A stretch of DNA of 64,000 nucleotides from Carpediemonas membranifera BICM. Lineage: Eukaryota > Protista > Fornicata. Made by a program: the position numbers and the translations under genes. Where the stretch lies: assembly GCA_019828565.1 (NCBI GenBank), contig JAHDYR010000069.1:62001-126000 (forward strand). The letters run 5' to 3'. Shown piece by piece: positions 43,407 to 57,581 of this stretch; within the stretch, counting starts at the first letter, position 1; every line of letters starts with the position of its first letter. The notes below the pieces were generated by a model, which saw nothing but the letters and a program-made list of their open reading frames with translations, had not been told where the DNA came from and did not search any database.

Positions 43407-44669
43407 TTACTCGTCAGGCTCTTCGACCTGAGGAACTGCCCCAGTTGAGACAACTTCCTCATCAGCTGTTCCAATCGCCTTATAAATGACAACTCTTCTG
43501 TCATCGCCCTCAAACTTCTTCTGGATGAGCGTGGTGAGGGACGAGTCATCCTCGGCAGGGGTGTCAAGCAAAAGATTCTTCAGACCAACATCCATGACAA
43601 CGTTGGTGTAAGCGATGGTGTCAGGCAGACAGTGGCTCGAGAGCAGGTCCCAGAAGAGATTGGGGAAGAGAATCATGTATCTCACCACGAGAATATAGTG
43701 TCACGTGACGGTCCCAGGGTCGATGAACAACATCGTTGCCATGGAGTCACAAATCGACTTGACCATGCCGGCGTACGTCGCCCTGTAATTCCACACCTTC
43801 CGAGTTCCATCGATAAGTTCTCTGGTGGGTCGCATCAAGGCCTCGCTAACCCTAGCCTGCAGTACCTCCAGCTGCTCGGTCGGGACGATGCAGTCGTCGA
43901 TGGCCACACCGTCATTCTCCAGCTCATTGTAGAGCTCCATCTGATATGCCACCCATGCGATGTTGCAGATGCGCTCGACACTCTGGACCCTCTCATTCCG
44001 AATGACCGACTTCAGGTCCGACTTGGATATAAACTTCAGCTCCCTGGCGCCAGCTGCCTCAAGCTTGGTGGAACTAGCCCACGAGCTTAGGAACTGCTCC
44101 ACATCAATCTCACCGGTAAGCTTGGGCTTCGGCTTGGCGCGGGCAGTGGGATTGATGGCGGATGCGGATGCACCAGTGTCGGCGATGGCCACAGACGAGC
44201 TACCAACAGAGCCAGAAGAAGCTGACTCGGCGAGGGACATGGAAGGGACAGCCGAGCGGGTGCCAGAGCACGGGTCATCCGCTGAAAGCTGTCTGGCAGC
44301 AGAACCGGTGGGAGATGGGCCGGCGAGGGATGTAGCGGCGTCGCCAGCTGCGCGCCTGGCTGCGCGCAGGGCTCGGTCTGAAGGCTTGGCAGGATAATCG
44401 ACTTGCTCTGCGCAATTGGCGGAGCGAACGCGCTTCTCAGCAGGTTGCGGAGCTGCCTTGCGCACAATGGGCTCATCGCGTTCCTCGAACACGTTAGAGG
44501 CTGGAGCAAGCTCAAGAGCGGCGAGAAAGAGCTCCTCGGCACGTCCACGGGCGGAATCGTTGAAACGGTTGACAACGAGGACCGATTTCTCAGATAACTT
44601 GTCCCGTCGCATACGATAGGACGTACCAGTGAGGCAGTGAAGCTCCTGAAGCATGTAATTGCTTTCCAT
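43407..44669 (-). CDS. Hypothetical protein (two ORFs probably joined by a frameshift near 43700); 5' part probably lies in the array segment
   Basis: 322-aa and 93-aa adjacent ORFs on the same strand with coding-like composition. Confidence 0.45.
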
Positions 44670-44795
44670 GTCGATTCCAGCAATGCGCGAAGAACAAGAA
44701 CCTTGGGAACAACCATGGGAGCACCAGACGTACTGTTTACGAAGGAAGATGGCAGGCCAGGGTCCCCGGTCGATTCACCATGGCCTCTTCAGCGT

Positions 44796-47700
44796 CCTCA
44801 TAAATCTGAATCATCTTCTTGTCTTGCTCCCGATGTTGTCATTGCTGTTTTCGTGTCCACAAGCATTCCAGTCTCATTATAATGTTTATTCAGTACCAAA
44901 TCATCCTTTAGTGACGGGCATTCTCATCTGCATTGCCGAGAAAAAGAGTTGATGTTGATTAGATGGCGACGAATGCATTACCGGACATTTGACGCGCACA
45001 ACCTGCTTAATACTGCATAAAAGCATCGCTGATCGCTTTCTCTTCTGTTCTTCAACGCCCAAGGAGCGGCTTCCAGGTCGGCAACGGTTGCCGACCTGGA
45101 CCCGTATGCAGTTTATGCTTTTTCGGCCAACCGACGAAGTCAAGCTTAGCCAAGACACATACTGTGTACACGGACCCTGGCAGGCTAGTTACGCCGCTCA
45201 GCCTCTGCATCCAGTTGATAATCACTCGCCATTTACTTCTGGTGCTTTTCCTGCTCTCTCTTCTCCATCACGTCGTCATACTCGGCCCTCGTCAGCCTCA
45301 CAGTTGTCATCCCGGCATCACGGATGTGCTCAAAGGCCTCAACGGGCAGCTTCGGCATCCCGTCCTCGCTGTCGCTGCTGCTGCCCAAGTCTGACTCGCT
45401 CTCGTGATAGCGGCGAAGGCGAATGCGTCTGCTGGGCTCCCTGGTCTTCATAGCGTCATAGAGCGGAGCGAGCCCACTTCCATTGGCCCCGCTACGGACA
45501 CCCTCATCGGTATCTCTCTCAGACATATCACACTCAACCTGTTGTGACTGAACAAATGACAGGTTGTCGACGAGGCTTATCCTCGGCATCGCTGTCTGAA
45601 CTCTCCTCATCCTCCCACTCTCCTTCCAGCATCTCCAACCCGGCCTCATCGTCAAACTCGCCCTCCACTGCGGTCTCCGGCATCTCTGCCTCGCCAGCTG
45701 TCTCGTCAAACAGCGCCTCATCGTCAGACTCACCCTCCCCTGTGTCGACCCCATCGGGATTACGCTGTTCGTGGAGCTGGACCATCCTCATCCTGAGCTT
45801 TTTGTAAAGCCACCAGGTCGGCAGAGCTTAAGGTAATCCTGGCGCCCTCATCCTGGCGCCTCATCCCTGGCGCCGTCATCCCTGGCGTCCTCTCCCTCAT
45901 AAATCTGAATCATCTTCTTGTCTTGCTCCCGATGTTGTCATTGCTGTTTTCGTGTCCACAAGCATTCCAGTCTCATTATAATGTTTATTCAGTACCAAAT
46001 CATCCTTTAGTGACGGGCATTCTCATCTGCATTGCCGAGAAAAAGAGTTGATGTTGATTAGATGGCGACGAATGCATTACCGGACATTTGACGCGCACAA
46101 CCTGCTTAATACTGCATAAAAGCATCGCTGATCGCTTTCTCTTCTGTTCTTCAACGCCCAAGGAGCGGCTTCCAGGTCGGCAACGGTTGCCGACCTGGAC
46201 CCGTGCAGTTTATGCTTTTTCGGCCAACCGACGAAGTCAAGCTTAGCCAAGACACATACTGTGTACACGGACCCTGGCAGGCTAGTTACGCCGCTCAGCC
46301 TCTGCATCCAGTTGATAATCACTCGCCATTTACTTCTGGTGCTTTTCCTGCTCTCTCTTCTCCATCACGTCGTCATACTCGGCCCTCGTCAGCCTCACAG
46401 TTGTCATCCCGGCATCACGGATGTGCTCAAAGGCCTCAACGGGCAGCTTCGGCATCCCGTCCTCGCTGTCGCTGCTGCTGCCCAAGTCTGACTCGCTCTC
46501 GTGATAGCGGCGAAGGCGAATGCGTCTGCTGGGCTCCCTGGTCTTCATAGCGTCATAGAGCGGAGCGAGCCCACTTCCATTGGCCCCGCTACGGACACCC
46601 TCATCGGTATCTCTCTCAGACATATCACACTCAACCTGTTGTGACTGGAAGAAATGACAGGTTGTCGACGAGGCTATCCTCGGCATCGCTGTCTGAACTC
46701 TCCTCATCCTCCCACTCTCCTTCCAGCATCTCCAACCCGGCCTCATCGTCAAACTCGCCCTCCACTGCGGTCTCCGGCATCTCTGCCTCGCCAGCTGTCT
46801 CGTCAAACAGCGCCTCATCGTCAGACTCACCCTCCCCTGTGTCGACCCCATCGGGATTACGCTGTTCGTGGAGCTGGACCATCCTCATCCTGAGCTTTTT
46901 GTAAAGCCACCAGGTCGGCAGAGCTTAAGGTAATCCTGGCGCCCTCATCCTGGCGCCTCATCCCTGGCGCCGTCATCCCTGGCGTCCTCTCCCTCATAAA
47001 TCTGAATCATCTTCTTGTCTTGCTCCCGATGTTGTCATTGCTGTTTTCGTGTCCACAAGCATTCCAGTCTCATTATAATGTTTATTCAGTACCAAATCAT
47101 CCTTTAGTGACGGGAATTCTCATCTGCATTGCCGAGAAAAAGAGTTGATGTTGATTAGATGGTGACGAATGCATTACCGGACATTTGACGCGCACAACCT
47201 GCTTAATACTGCATAAAAGCATCGCTGATCGCTTTCTCTTCTGTTCTTCAACGCCCAAGGAGCGGCTTCCAGGTCGGCAACGGTTGCCGACCTGGACCCG
47301 TGCAGTTTATGCTTTTTCGGCCAACCGACGAAGTCAAGCTTAGCCAAGACACATACTGTGTACACGGACCCTGGCAGGCTAGTTACGCCGCTCAGCCTCT
47401 GCATCCAGTTGATAATCACTCGCCATTTACTTCTGGTGCTTTTCCTGCTCTCTCTTCTCCATCACGTCGTCATACTCGGCCCTCGTCAGCCTCACAGTTG
47501 TCATCCCGGCATCACGGATGTGCTCAAAGGCCTCAACGGGCAGCTTCGGCATCCCGTCCTCGCTGTCGCTGCTGCTGCCCAAGTCTGACTCGCTCTCGTG
47601 ATAGCGGCGAAGGCGAATGCGTCTGCTGGGCTCCCTGGTCTTCATAGCGTCATAGAGCGGAGCGAGCCCACTTCCATTGGCCCCGCTACGGACACCCTCA

Positions 47701-50700
47701 TCGGTATCTCTCTCAGACATATCACACTCAACCTGTTGTGACTGAAGAAATGACAGGTTGTCGACGAGGCTATCCTCGGCATCGCTGTCTGAACTCTCCT
47801 CATCCTCCCACTCTCCTTCCAGCATCTCCAACCCGGCCTCATCGTCAAACTCGCCCTCCACTGCGGTCTCCGGCATCTCTGCCTCGCCAGCTGTCTCGTC
47901 AAACAGCGCCTCATCGTCAGACTCACCCTCCCCTGTGTCGACCCCATCGGGATTACGCTGTTCGTGGAGCTGGACCATCCTCATCCTGAGCTTTTTGTAA
48001 AGCCACCAGGTCGGCAGAGCTTAAGGTAATCCTGGCGCCCTCATCCTGGCGCCTCATCCCTGGCGCCGTCATCCCTGGCGTCCTCTCCCTCATAAATCTG
48101 AATCATCTTCTTGTCTTGCTCCCGATGTTGTCATTGCTGTTTTCGTGTCCACAAGCATTCCAGTCTCATTATAATGTTTATTCAGTACCAAATCATCCTT
48201 TAGTGACGGGAATTCTCATCTGCATTGCCGAGAAAAAGAGTTGATGTTGATTAGATGGTGACGAATGCATTACCGGACATTTGACGCGCACAACCTGCTT
48301 AATACTGCATAAAAAGCATCGCTGATCGCTTTCTCTTCTGTTCTTCAACGCCCAAGGAGCGGCTTCCAGGTCGGCAACGGTTGCCGACCTGGACCCGTGC
48401 AGTTTATGCTTTTTCGGCCAACCGACGAAGTCAAGCTTAGCCAAGACACATACTGTGTACACGGACCCTGGCAGGCTAGTTACGCCGCTCAGCCTCTGCA
48501 TCCAGTTGATAATCACTCGCCATTTACTTCTGGTGCTTTTCCTGCTCTCTCTTCTCCATCACGTCGTCATACTCGGCCCTCGTCAGCCTCACAGTTGTCA
48601 TCCCGGCATCACGGATGTGCTCAAAGGCCTCAACGGGCAGCTTCGGCATCCCGTCCTCGCTGTCGCTGCTGCTGCCCAAGTCTGACTCGCTCTCGTGATA
48701 GCGGCGAAGGCGAATGCGTCTGCTGGGCTCCCTGGTCTTCATAGCGTCATAGAGCGGAGCGAGCCCACTTCCATTGGCCCCGCTACGGACACCCTCATCG
48801 GTATCTCTCTCAGACATATCACACTCAACCTGTTGTGACTGAACAAATGACAGGTTGTCGACGAGGCTATCCTCGGCATCGCTGTCTGAACTCTCCTCAT
48901 CCTCCCACTCTCCTTCCAGCATCTCCAACCCGGCCTCATCGTCAAACTCGCCCTCCACTGCGGTCTCCGGCATCTCTGCCTCGCCAGCTGTCTCGTCAAA
49001 CAGCGCCTCATCGTCAGACTCACCCTCCCCCTGTGTCGACCCCATCGGGATTACGCTGTTCGTGGAGCTGGACCATCCTCATCCTGAGCTTTTTTGTAAA
49101 GCCACCAGGTCGGCAGAGCTTAAGGTAATCCTGGCGCCCTCATCCTGGCGCCTCATCCCTGGCGCCGTCATCCCTGGCGTCCTCTCCCTCATAAATCTGA
49201 ATCATCTTCTTGTCTTGCTCCCGATGTTGTCATTGCTGTTTTCGTGTCCACAAGCATTCCAGTCTCATTATAATGTTTATTCAGTACCAAATCATCCTTT
49301 AGTGACGGGCATTCTCATCTGCATTGCCGAGAAAAAGAGTTGATGTTGATTAGATGGTGACGAATGCATTACCGGACATTTGACGCGCACAACCTGCTTA
49401 ATACTGCATAAAAAGCATCGCTGATCGCTTTCTCTTCTGTTCTTCAACGCCCAAGGAGCGGCTTCCAGGTCGGCAACCGTTGCCGACCTGGACCCGTGCA
49501 GTTTATGCTTTTTCGGCCAACCGACGAAGTCAAGCTTGGCCAAGACACATACTGTGTACACGGACCCTGGCAGGCTAGTTACGCCGCTCAGCCTCTGCAT
49601 CCAGTTGATAATCACTCGCCATTTACTTCTGGTGCTTTTCCTGCTCTCTCTTCTCCATCACGTCGTCATACTCGGCCCTCGTCAGCCTCACAGTTGTCAT
49701 CCCGGCATCACGGATGTGCTCAAAGGCTTCAATGGGCAGCTTCTGTATCCCGTCCTCGCTGTCGCTGCTGCTGCCCAAGTCTGACTCGCTCTCGTGATAG
49801 CGGCGAAGGCGAATGCGTCTGCTGGGCTCCCTGGTCTTCATAGCGTCATAGAGCGGAGCGAGCCCACTTCCATTGGCCCCGCTACGGACACCCTCATCGG
49901 TATCTCTCTCAGACATATCACACTCAACCTGTTGTGACTGAAGAAATGACAGGTTGTCGACGAGGCTATCCTCGGCATCGCTGTCTGAACTCTCCTCATC
50001 CTCCCACTCTCCTTCCAGCATCTCCAACCCGGCCTCATCGTCAAACTCGCCCTCCACTGCGGTCTCCGGCATCTCTGCCTCGCCAGCTGTCTCGTCAAAC
50101 AGCGCCTCATCGTCAGACTCACCCTCCCCCGTGTCGACCCCCATCGGGATTACGCTGGTCGTGGAGCTGGACCATCCTCATCCTGAGCTTTTTGTAAAGC
50201 CACCAGGTCGGCAGAGCTTAAGGTAATCCTGGCGCCCTCATCCTGGCGCCTCATCCCTGGCGCCGTCATCCCTGGCGTCCTCTCCCTCATAAATCTGAAT
50301 CATCTTCTTGTCTTGCTCCCCGATGTTGTCATTGCTGTTTTCGTGTCCACAAGCATTCCAGTCTCATTATAATGTTTATTCAGTACCAAATCATCCTTTA
50401 GTGACGGGCATTCTCATCTGCATTGCCGAGAAAAAGAGTTGATGTTGATTAGATGGTGACGAATGCATTACCGGACATTTTACGCGCACAACCTGCTTAA
50501 TACTGCATAAAAGCATCGCTGATCGCTTTCTCTTCTGTTCTTCAACGCCCAAGGAGCGGCTTCCAGGTCGGCAACGGTTGCCGACCTGGACCCGTGCAGT
50601 TTATGCTTTTTTCGGCCAACCGACGAAGTCAAGCTTGGCCAAGACACATACTGTGTACACGGACCCTGGCAGGCTAGTTACGCCGCTCAGCCTCTGCATC

Positions 50701-53700
50701 CAGTTGATAATCACTCGCCATTTACTTCTGGTGCTTTTCCTGCTCTCTCTTCTCCATCACGTCGTCATACTCGGCCCTCGTCAGTCTCACAGTTGTCATC
50801 CCGGCATCACGGATGTGCTCAAAGGCCTCAACGGGCAGCTTCGGCATCCCGTCCTCGCTGTCGCTGCTGCTGCCCAAGTCTGACTCGCTCTCGTGATAGC
50901 GGCGAAGGCGAATGCGTCTGCTGGGCTCCCTGGTCTTCATAGCGTCATAGAGCGGAGCGAGCCCACTTCCATTGGCCCCGCTACGGACACCCTCATCGGT
51001 ATCTCTCTCAGACATATCACACTCAACCTGTTGTGACTGAACAAATGACAGGTTGTCGACGAGGCTATCCTCGGCATCGCTGTCTGAACTCTCCTCATCC
51101 TCCCACTCTCCTTCCAGCATCTCCAACCCGGCCTCATCGTCAAACTCGCCCTCCACTGCGGTCTCCGGCATCTCTGCCTCGCCAGCTGTCTCGTCAAACA
51201 GCGCCTCATCGTCAGACTCACCCTCCCCGTGTCGACCCCATCGGGATTACGCTGGTCGTGGAGCTGGACCATCCTCATCCTGAGCTTTTTGTAAAGCCAC
51301 CAGGTCGGCAGAGCTTAAGGTAATCCTGGCGCCCTCATCCTGGCGCCTCATCCCTGGCGCCGTCATCCCTGGCGTCCTCTCCCTCATAAATCTGAATCAT
51401 CTTCTTGTCTTGCTCCCGATGTTGTCATTGCTGTTTTCGTGTCCACAAGCATTCCAGTCTCATTATAATGTTTATTCAGTACCAAATCATCCTTTAGTGA
51501 CGGGCATTCTCATCTGCATTGCCGAGAAAAAGAGTTGATGTTGATTAGATGGTGACGAATGCATTACCGGACATTTGACGCGCACAACCTGCTTAATACT
51601 GCATAAAAGCATCGCTGATCGCTTTCTCTTCTGTTCTTCAACGCCCAAGGAGCGGCTTCCAGGTCGGCAACGGTTGCCGACCTGGACCCGTGCAGTTTAT
51701 GCTTTTTCGGCCAACCGACGAAGTCAAGCTTGGCCAAGACACATACTGTGTACACGGACCCTGGCAGGCTAGTTACGCCGCTCAGCCTCTGCATCCAGTT
51801 GATAATCACTCGCCATTTACTTCTGGTGCTTTTCCTGCTCTCTCTTCTCCATCACGTCGTCATACTCGGCCCTCGTCAGCCTCACAGTTGTCATCCCGGC
51901 ATCACGGATGTGCTCAAAGGCCTCAACGGGCAGCTTCGGCATCCCGTCGTCGCTGTCGCTGCTGCTGCCCAAGTCTGACTCGCTCTCGTGATAGCGGCGA
52001 AGGCGAATGCGTCTGCTGGGCTCCCTGGTCTTCATAGCGTCATAGAGCGGAGCGAGCCCACTTCCATTGGCCCCGCTACGGACACCCTCATCGGTATCTC
52101 TCTCAGACATATCACACTCAACCTGTTGTGACTGAACAAATGACAGGTTGTCGACGAGGCTATCCTCGGCATCGCTGTCTGAACTCTCCTCATCCTCCCA
52201 CTCTCCTTCCAGCATCTCCAACCCGGCCTCATCGTCAAACTCGCCCTCCACTGCGGTCTCCGGCATCTCTGCCTCGCCAGCTGTCTCGTCAAACAGCGCC
52301 TCATCGTCAGACTCACCCTCCACTGCGGTCTCCGGCATCTCTGCCTCGCCAGCTGTCTCGTCAAACAGCGCCTCATCGTCAGACTCACCCTCCCCCGTGT
52401 CGACCCCATCGGGATTACGCTGGTCGTGGAGCTGGACCATCCTCATCCTGAGCTTTTTGTAAAGCCACCAGGTCGGCAGAGCTTAAGGTAATCCTGGCGC
52501 CCTCATCCTGGCGCCTCATCCCTGGCGCCGTCATCCCTGGCGTCCTCTCCCTCATAAATCTGAATCATCTTCTTGTCTTGCTCCCGATGTTGTCATTGCT
52601 GTTTTCGTGTCCACAAGCATTCCAGTCTCATTATAATGTTTATTCAGTACCAAATCATCCTTTAGTGACGGGCATTCTCATCTGCATTGCCGAGAAAAAG
52701 AGTTGATGTTGATTAGATGGTGACGAATGCATTACCGGACATTTGACGCGCACAACCTGCTTAATACTGCATAAAAAGCATCGCTGATCGCTTTCTCTTC
52801 TGTTCTTCAACGCCCAAGGAGCGGCTTCCAGGTCGGCAACCGTTGCCGACCTGGACCCGTGCAGTTTATGCTTTTTCGGCCAACCGACGAAGTCAAGCTT
52901 GGCCAAGACACATACTGTGTACACGGACCCTGGCAGGCTAGTTACGCCGCTCAGCCTCTGCATCCAGTTGATAATCACTCGCCATTTACTTCTGGTGCTT
53001 TTCCTGCTCTCTCTTCTCCATCACGTCGTCATACTCGGCCCTCGTCAGCCTCACAGTTGTCATCCCGGCATCACGGATGTGCTCAAAGGCTTCAATGGGC
53101 AGCTTCTGTATCCCGTCCTCGCTGTCGCTGCTGCTGCCCAAGTCTGACTCGCTCTCGTGATAGCGGCGAAGGCGAATGCGTCTGCTGGGCTCCCTGGTCT
53201 TCATAGCGTCATAGAGCGGAGCGAGCCCACTTCCATTGGCCCCGCTACGGACACCCCTCATCGGTATCTCTCTCAGACATATCACACTCAACCTGTTGTG
53301 ACTGAACAAATGACAGGTTGTCGACGAGGCTATCCTCGGCATCGCTGTCTGAACTCTCCTCATCCTCCCACTCTCCTTCCAGCATCTCCAACCCGGCCTC
53401 ATCGTCAAACTCGCCCTCCACTGCGGTCTCCGGCATCTCTGCCTCGCCAGCTGTCTCGTCAAACAGCGCCTCATCGTCAGACTCACCCTCCCCCGTGTCG
53501 ACCCCATCGGGATTACGCTGGTCGTGGAGCTGGACCATCCTCATCCTGAGCTTTTTGTAAAGCCACCAGGTCGGCAGAGCTTAAGGTAATCCTGGCGCCC
53601 TCATCCTGGCGCCTCATCCCTGGCGCCGTCATCCCTGGCGTCCTCTCCCTCATAAATCTGAATCATCTTCTTGTCTTGCTCCCGATGTTGTCATTGCTGT

Positions 53701-53969
53701 TTTCGTGTCCACAAGCATTCCAGTCTCATTATAATGTTTATTCAGTACCAAATCATCCTTTAGTGACGGGCATTCTCATCTGCATTGCCGAGAAAAAGAG
53801 TTGATGTTGATTAGATGGTGACGAATGCATTACCGGACATTTGACGCGCACAACCTGCTTAATACTGCATAAAAGCATCGCTGATCGCTTTCTCTTCTGT
53901 TCTTCAACGCCCAAGGAGCGGCTTCCAGGTCGGCAACCGTTGCCGACCTGGACCCGTGCAGTTTATGCT
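44796..53969. repeat. Tandem array of about 8.3 near-identical ~1097-bp units
   Basis: The marker hairpin recurs at 45072, 46171, 47268, 48365, 49464, 50562, 51658, 52827 and 53924. One unit has a 72-bp internal duplication. Most of the unit is an inverted copy of about 62408-63360. Confidence 0.97.
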
Positions 53970-54152
53970 CGCAACCAAAGTTGGTCACAGTTTCAATGAT
54001 ACGTGTTAACAATGCAACATAGACGGGTAAACACTGGTGTGAACTAATATATCCTCGCTAATTCACGTGACATGAGTGATGTTGCACTTGTGACTATGAA
54101 CAGACTCCTAGTTAATAGTACCGATCAAATTACCGAATACTTCATGTCATAT

Positions 54153-56491
54153 TTAGTTCTTACGTCTCCTAATCTTCACCTGGGTCGGCTTTGAGACCTT
54201 CCGCAAAGTTGCATGTCGACCCATCAACTGTATCACGTAGTTGATGTCGAGCCTGGCGCACTCCGCCCTAAAACTCTCCAGCGCTCTACTCTGATCGCCA
54301 TCGAAGGGACGCCGCACTGTCAATGCATTGCCCTTCTCGTTACGGTAAATGTGCGTGATCATCTTCTCATCAATGTTGACAAGCATGGTCGGCTTCCCCT
54401 GTCATCGAAGTCCACACTCTGATTGCTTCAACGCATGCCCATCTCGTCACTGTCCCGTCACTATTGACGTGCTCAGGAAACAGCTCATCCAGAAGCTCTA
54501 TCTCTGTCATCTTTGAGAATACGGCCATGGTCCTTGCGTGGGCGAGGAGCGTCTGGCGGTAAGCTGTCGCCTCATCCTCAGCCTTGAGCTTCTGCGACAA
54601 GGGCAATTTGCGTCTGAACGCAGTAAATGTTCTCAGACCCGACATCATCATCAGGCAGTGAATGATGCAGTTCCCATAACCCAGGGTCGGATACGTAGGC
54701 CAACCTGAACTCGGAAGCCTTGTCGTGATGATCATGTCGAATGCCACAGTTCGGTTGTAGCGGGTTGGGTCAGACCTGGCGTTGACCACTCTTCCGCTCT
54801 CCTCGGTTTCACCCTCCTCCTCTGCCCCACCCTCCTCGTCTGACTCGGCCTTCTCTTCCTCCTGCTCCTCCTCTGACTTACTCTTGGCCGGAGAGTGCTG
54901 TGCGATGATATCCTTCATCTCAGGCGTAAAGTTGAGGTCTATGGGGCCGACCTCAGTGACTTGCTGGGTCCCGCACTCCAACAGAAAGGGACGAAGGTGA
55001 TATGAAAACCTGGACGTCACGTTGAACCTTTCGAACAGCACTGTCAACGCAGAGAGAGCAACAAAGCGGTCAAGCTCGATTGTTGCCTCCTCGGCGCGCC
55101 TGACAAGCTCGGCCCAGTTGTCCTCGAGTTCATCGGCAAGAGCATCAAGCCCAGCCTCACTCGCGCGTGCCAACTCTGAGTCAATAAACTGACGGGTCGC
55201 CTGCCACTCGGTCTCTCGCTGATGTAGCTCCGCTTCAACTCTCCTGCGGGACTCCTCAGACTCTCTCATAGCCTGGTTCAGCGCATCCCTGACTTCGCTC
55301 TGCTCAGCAAGCCTTCTTCTCAAGGGTTCGTGCTGCTCCCATATGCGCACGGACTCAGGGACAGCATCAGGGTCTGCCAGGTCATTCGGAGCGGTTGCTT
55401 GTGCAGACGCTGAGCAAACATCCTCGTCGTCGCCGGAATTGCCGCCCTCGAGGTCGCCAAAGTCCAGCTCCTCCATCAACTCATCCGCCACTGGCTCCTC
55501 TTCCTCCTCTGACTCCTCCTCCGAGTCCTCTGGCCTGGCCTTCTCGGGCGTGATGATGAGGGCCTTGCGCTTCACAGACATGGCTGCCTGCGCCTCGTCC
55601 GTATCGCGTCGGGGACAGGAAGTCCTGGAGACTGTGCCAGACTGTGGCGGGATGGGGCTGCATGGGAGTGATGCATCCATGGACTTGTCAGCGTCATAGG
55701 CTGCCTCTCGCTCAGCCTGCTGCTGCAGAAGGCGTCGATGCAGCGTGATGACTTCTCACTCTTTGCCGTCAAGCTCTTCCTCAACTGCTTGACTCTCTTC
55801 TTGTATCCTCGAACAATTTTGTGATAGTAATCGATGATAGCGCCAGTACCTGGGGGGAGCAGGGGCGTACCTTCTCCCGCGGGGGTCTCCAACCATTCCA
55901 GGGCGATGATGTACTCTTCGAAGTACGAGCGGCAGGAGTGCTTCATGTAAGCAAGGTCTGCCTCCTTGCTGCGCACCCTGGCAACCATTGCTGTGACATG
56001 GTCGCGCACAAGCGCGTTGGTGGATGTCGCGTTGCGCCACGCCCGAACCTTGACACTCAGCGCCTCTTTTTCGATACGCGCGCCCTCATTCTCCTTGGCA
56101 TACTCAGCCCTCTTGGAGTTCTTGAAGGCTGTGACAGCGGCCGACTCAAACGCCTTCATCTCCTTCTCCGTGAAGGTTGCCTCGATGTTCTCGTTCGAGG
56201 TCTTATCCTGCACCTGCTGAGACAGCAATGCCTCGAGTTCTGCCTTCTTATCGCCCTGAATCTCGAAATATGAGCACAGGTGGTTGAAGTTGATCCCTAT
56301 ATAAACATTTGCACCAATTACGTACCGTTCTTGACGACTATATCGAAGATATCGTTCTCGTCGAGCAATTTGTCCCGAAGAACGGCACTCTTCGCCTTGT
56401 TTGTCTTCTTCTCCTTGAATTCGGTGATAACGGCCTCAATCACATCATCTGAGGTGCTCTCGATCCACTCGTGAAGGAATTCGAACGTCAT
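54153..56491 (-). CDS. Coiled-coil/acidic protein with C-terminal OTU-like cysteine protease domain (29-nt intron 56297-56325; two frameshifts)
   Basis: PTLGYGNCIIHCL, WACVEAIRVW and IQLMGRHA give the C...W...H OTU pattern. The intron GTACGT...ATAG joins KNG-INF in frame. Shifts near 55755 and 54398. Confidence 0.55.
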
Positions 56492-57581
56492 TTCTTCTCT
56501 TCGTTATATCCCAATAATGGACATATAACAGAGATGAGAAAATTGCCAGTAACCGTAGGCAACGGGGTGTCGGAAACGTTATACCATACAAACGGGGGAT
56601 ATAATCGCTCCGAAAACATCCATTATGTGGACTGAATGGCGATATAACGTATGGGGAGTGATCCGGCGAGCTTTCGGGCGGTGCAGGCTAAGACACACCA
56701 AGTCTGTGGTGCTATAACGTACCTCGGGACGCACTGTGGAGGCCCCTAGAGTACTCGGTCATGGCATGTCAGACCAAGGGTCCCTCAAATCTGGCCCCAT
56801 TCAGGATGCTCCCCCTAAACGTTCCGTTGCAAGCGTCTGACGGGCGTTCTCTGGATACCGACCAAGATGGAGGTCACGTGGATCAACGGACGATAATTGC
56901 GGTATTCTGGCCATGCCTGGTACTTTCAAATCATCTATACTAATCAGTGCTCCATTTATAGTTCATATCGTATGGTCCTGGTGGACTTATAGTTGTTGAT
57001 GTTGTTTAGGGATTATTGTTGCTTTAGTGATGCTCTGCGCCCGCTTACTGATGTTTCTTAGTGTTGTACACATGCCTACTACGTTAAAGCCGCCAGTATT
57101 CTTTCTATTCTTAAGTTCGCCATTTCAATCTCGTTGCGAGCATAAAGTGCGCGAATGCGCGGGTCAGTTCCCCCGTTTTCAGCGAAGCTGATGCGACAAC
57201 ACAGAGGCAAGCGAATCCTTTCACCTCAGGCGTTGCCAAGAGGCCGTTGTCTGCCATGAACACTAAGCAGTGATGAGATATACGGATTTCAGACTTTCTG
57301 CCTGCACGACCTCAAATGTTGACTCCCCTCGGCACCGAAAAGGCACCTATATCCATGAATACCCTCTACAGTGATGTATCTACCCGATAAATGGATTTCA
57401 AATTTGTCGGGTCTCATGATAAATGGATTTCAGACTTTCGTACTGTTGGCCATCTGAGAATTTTTGAACGACCTCTAGAATATTTTGAAATGCAAGAACG
57501 TGCCTATGGCACTCTTTTGTACCCCTGAACACGGTTTGACCACTGTTTTGGGCATTTGGAGAGATTCGAATTTTTGTGCAT

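Noticed and set aside
44796-53969. CRISPR-like array (palindromic repeat recurring regularly)
   Set aside because: The intervening sequences are near-identical 1.1-kb units rather than unique spacers, the context is eukaryotic and no cas genes are present.
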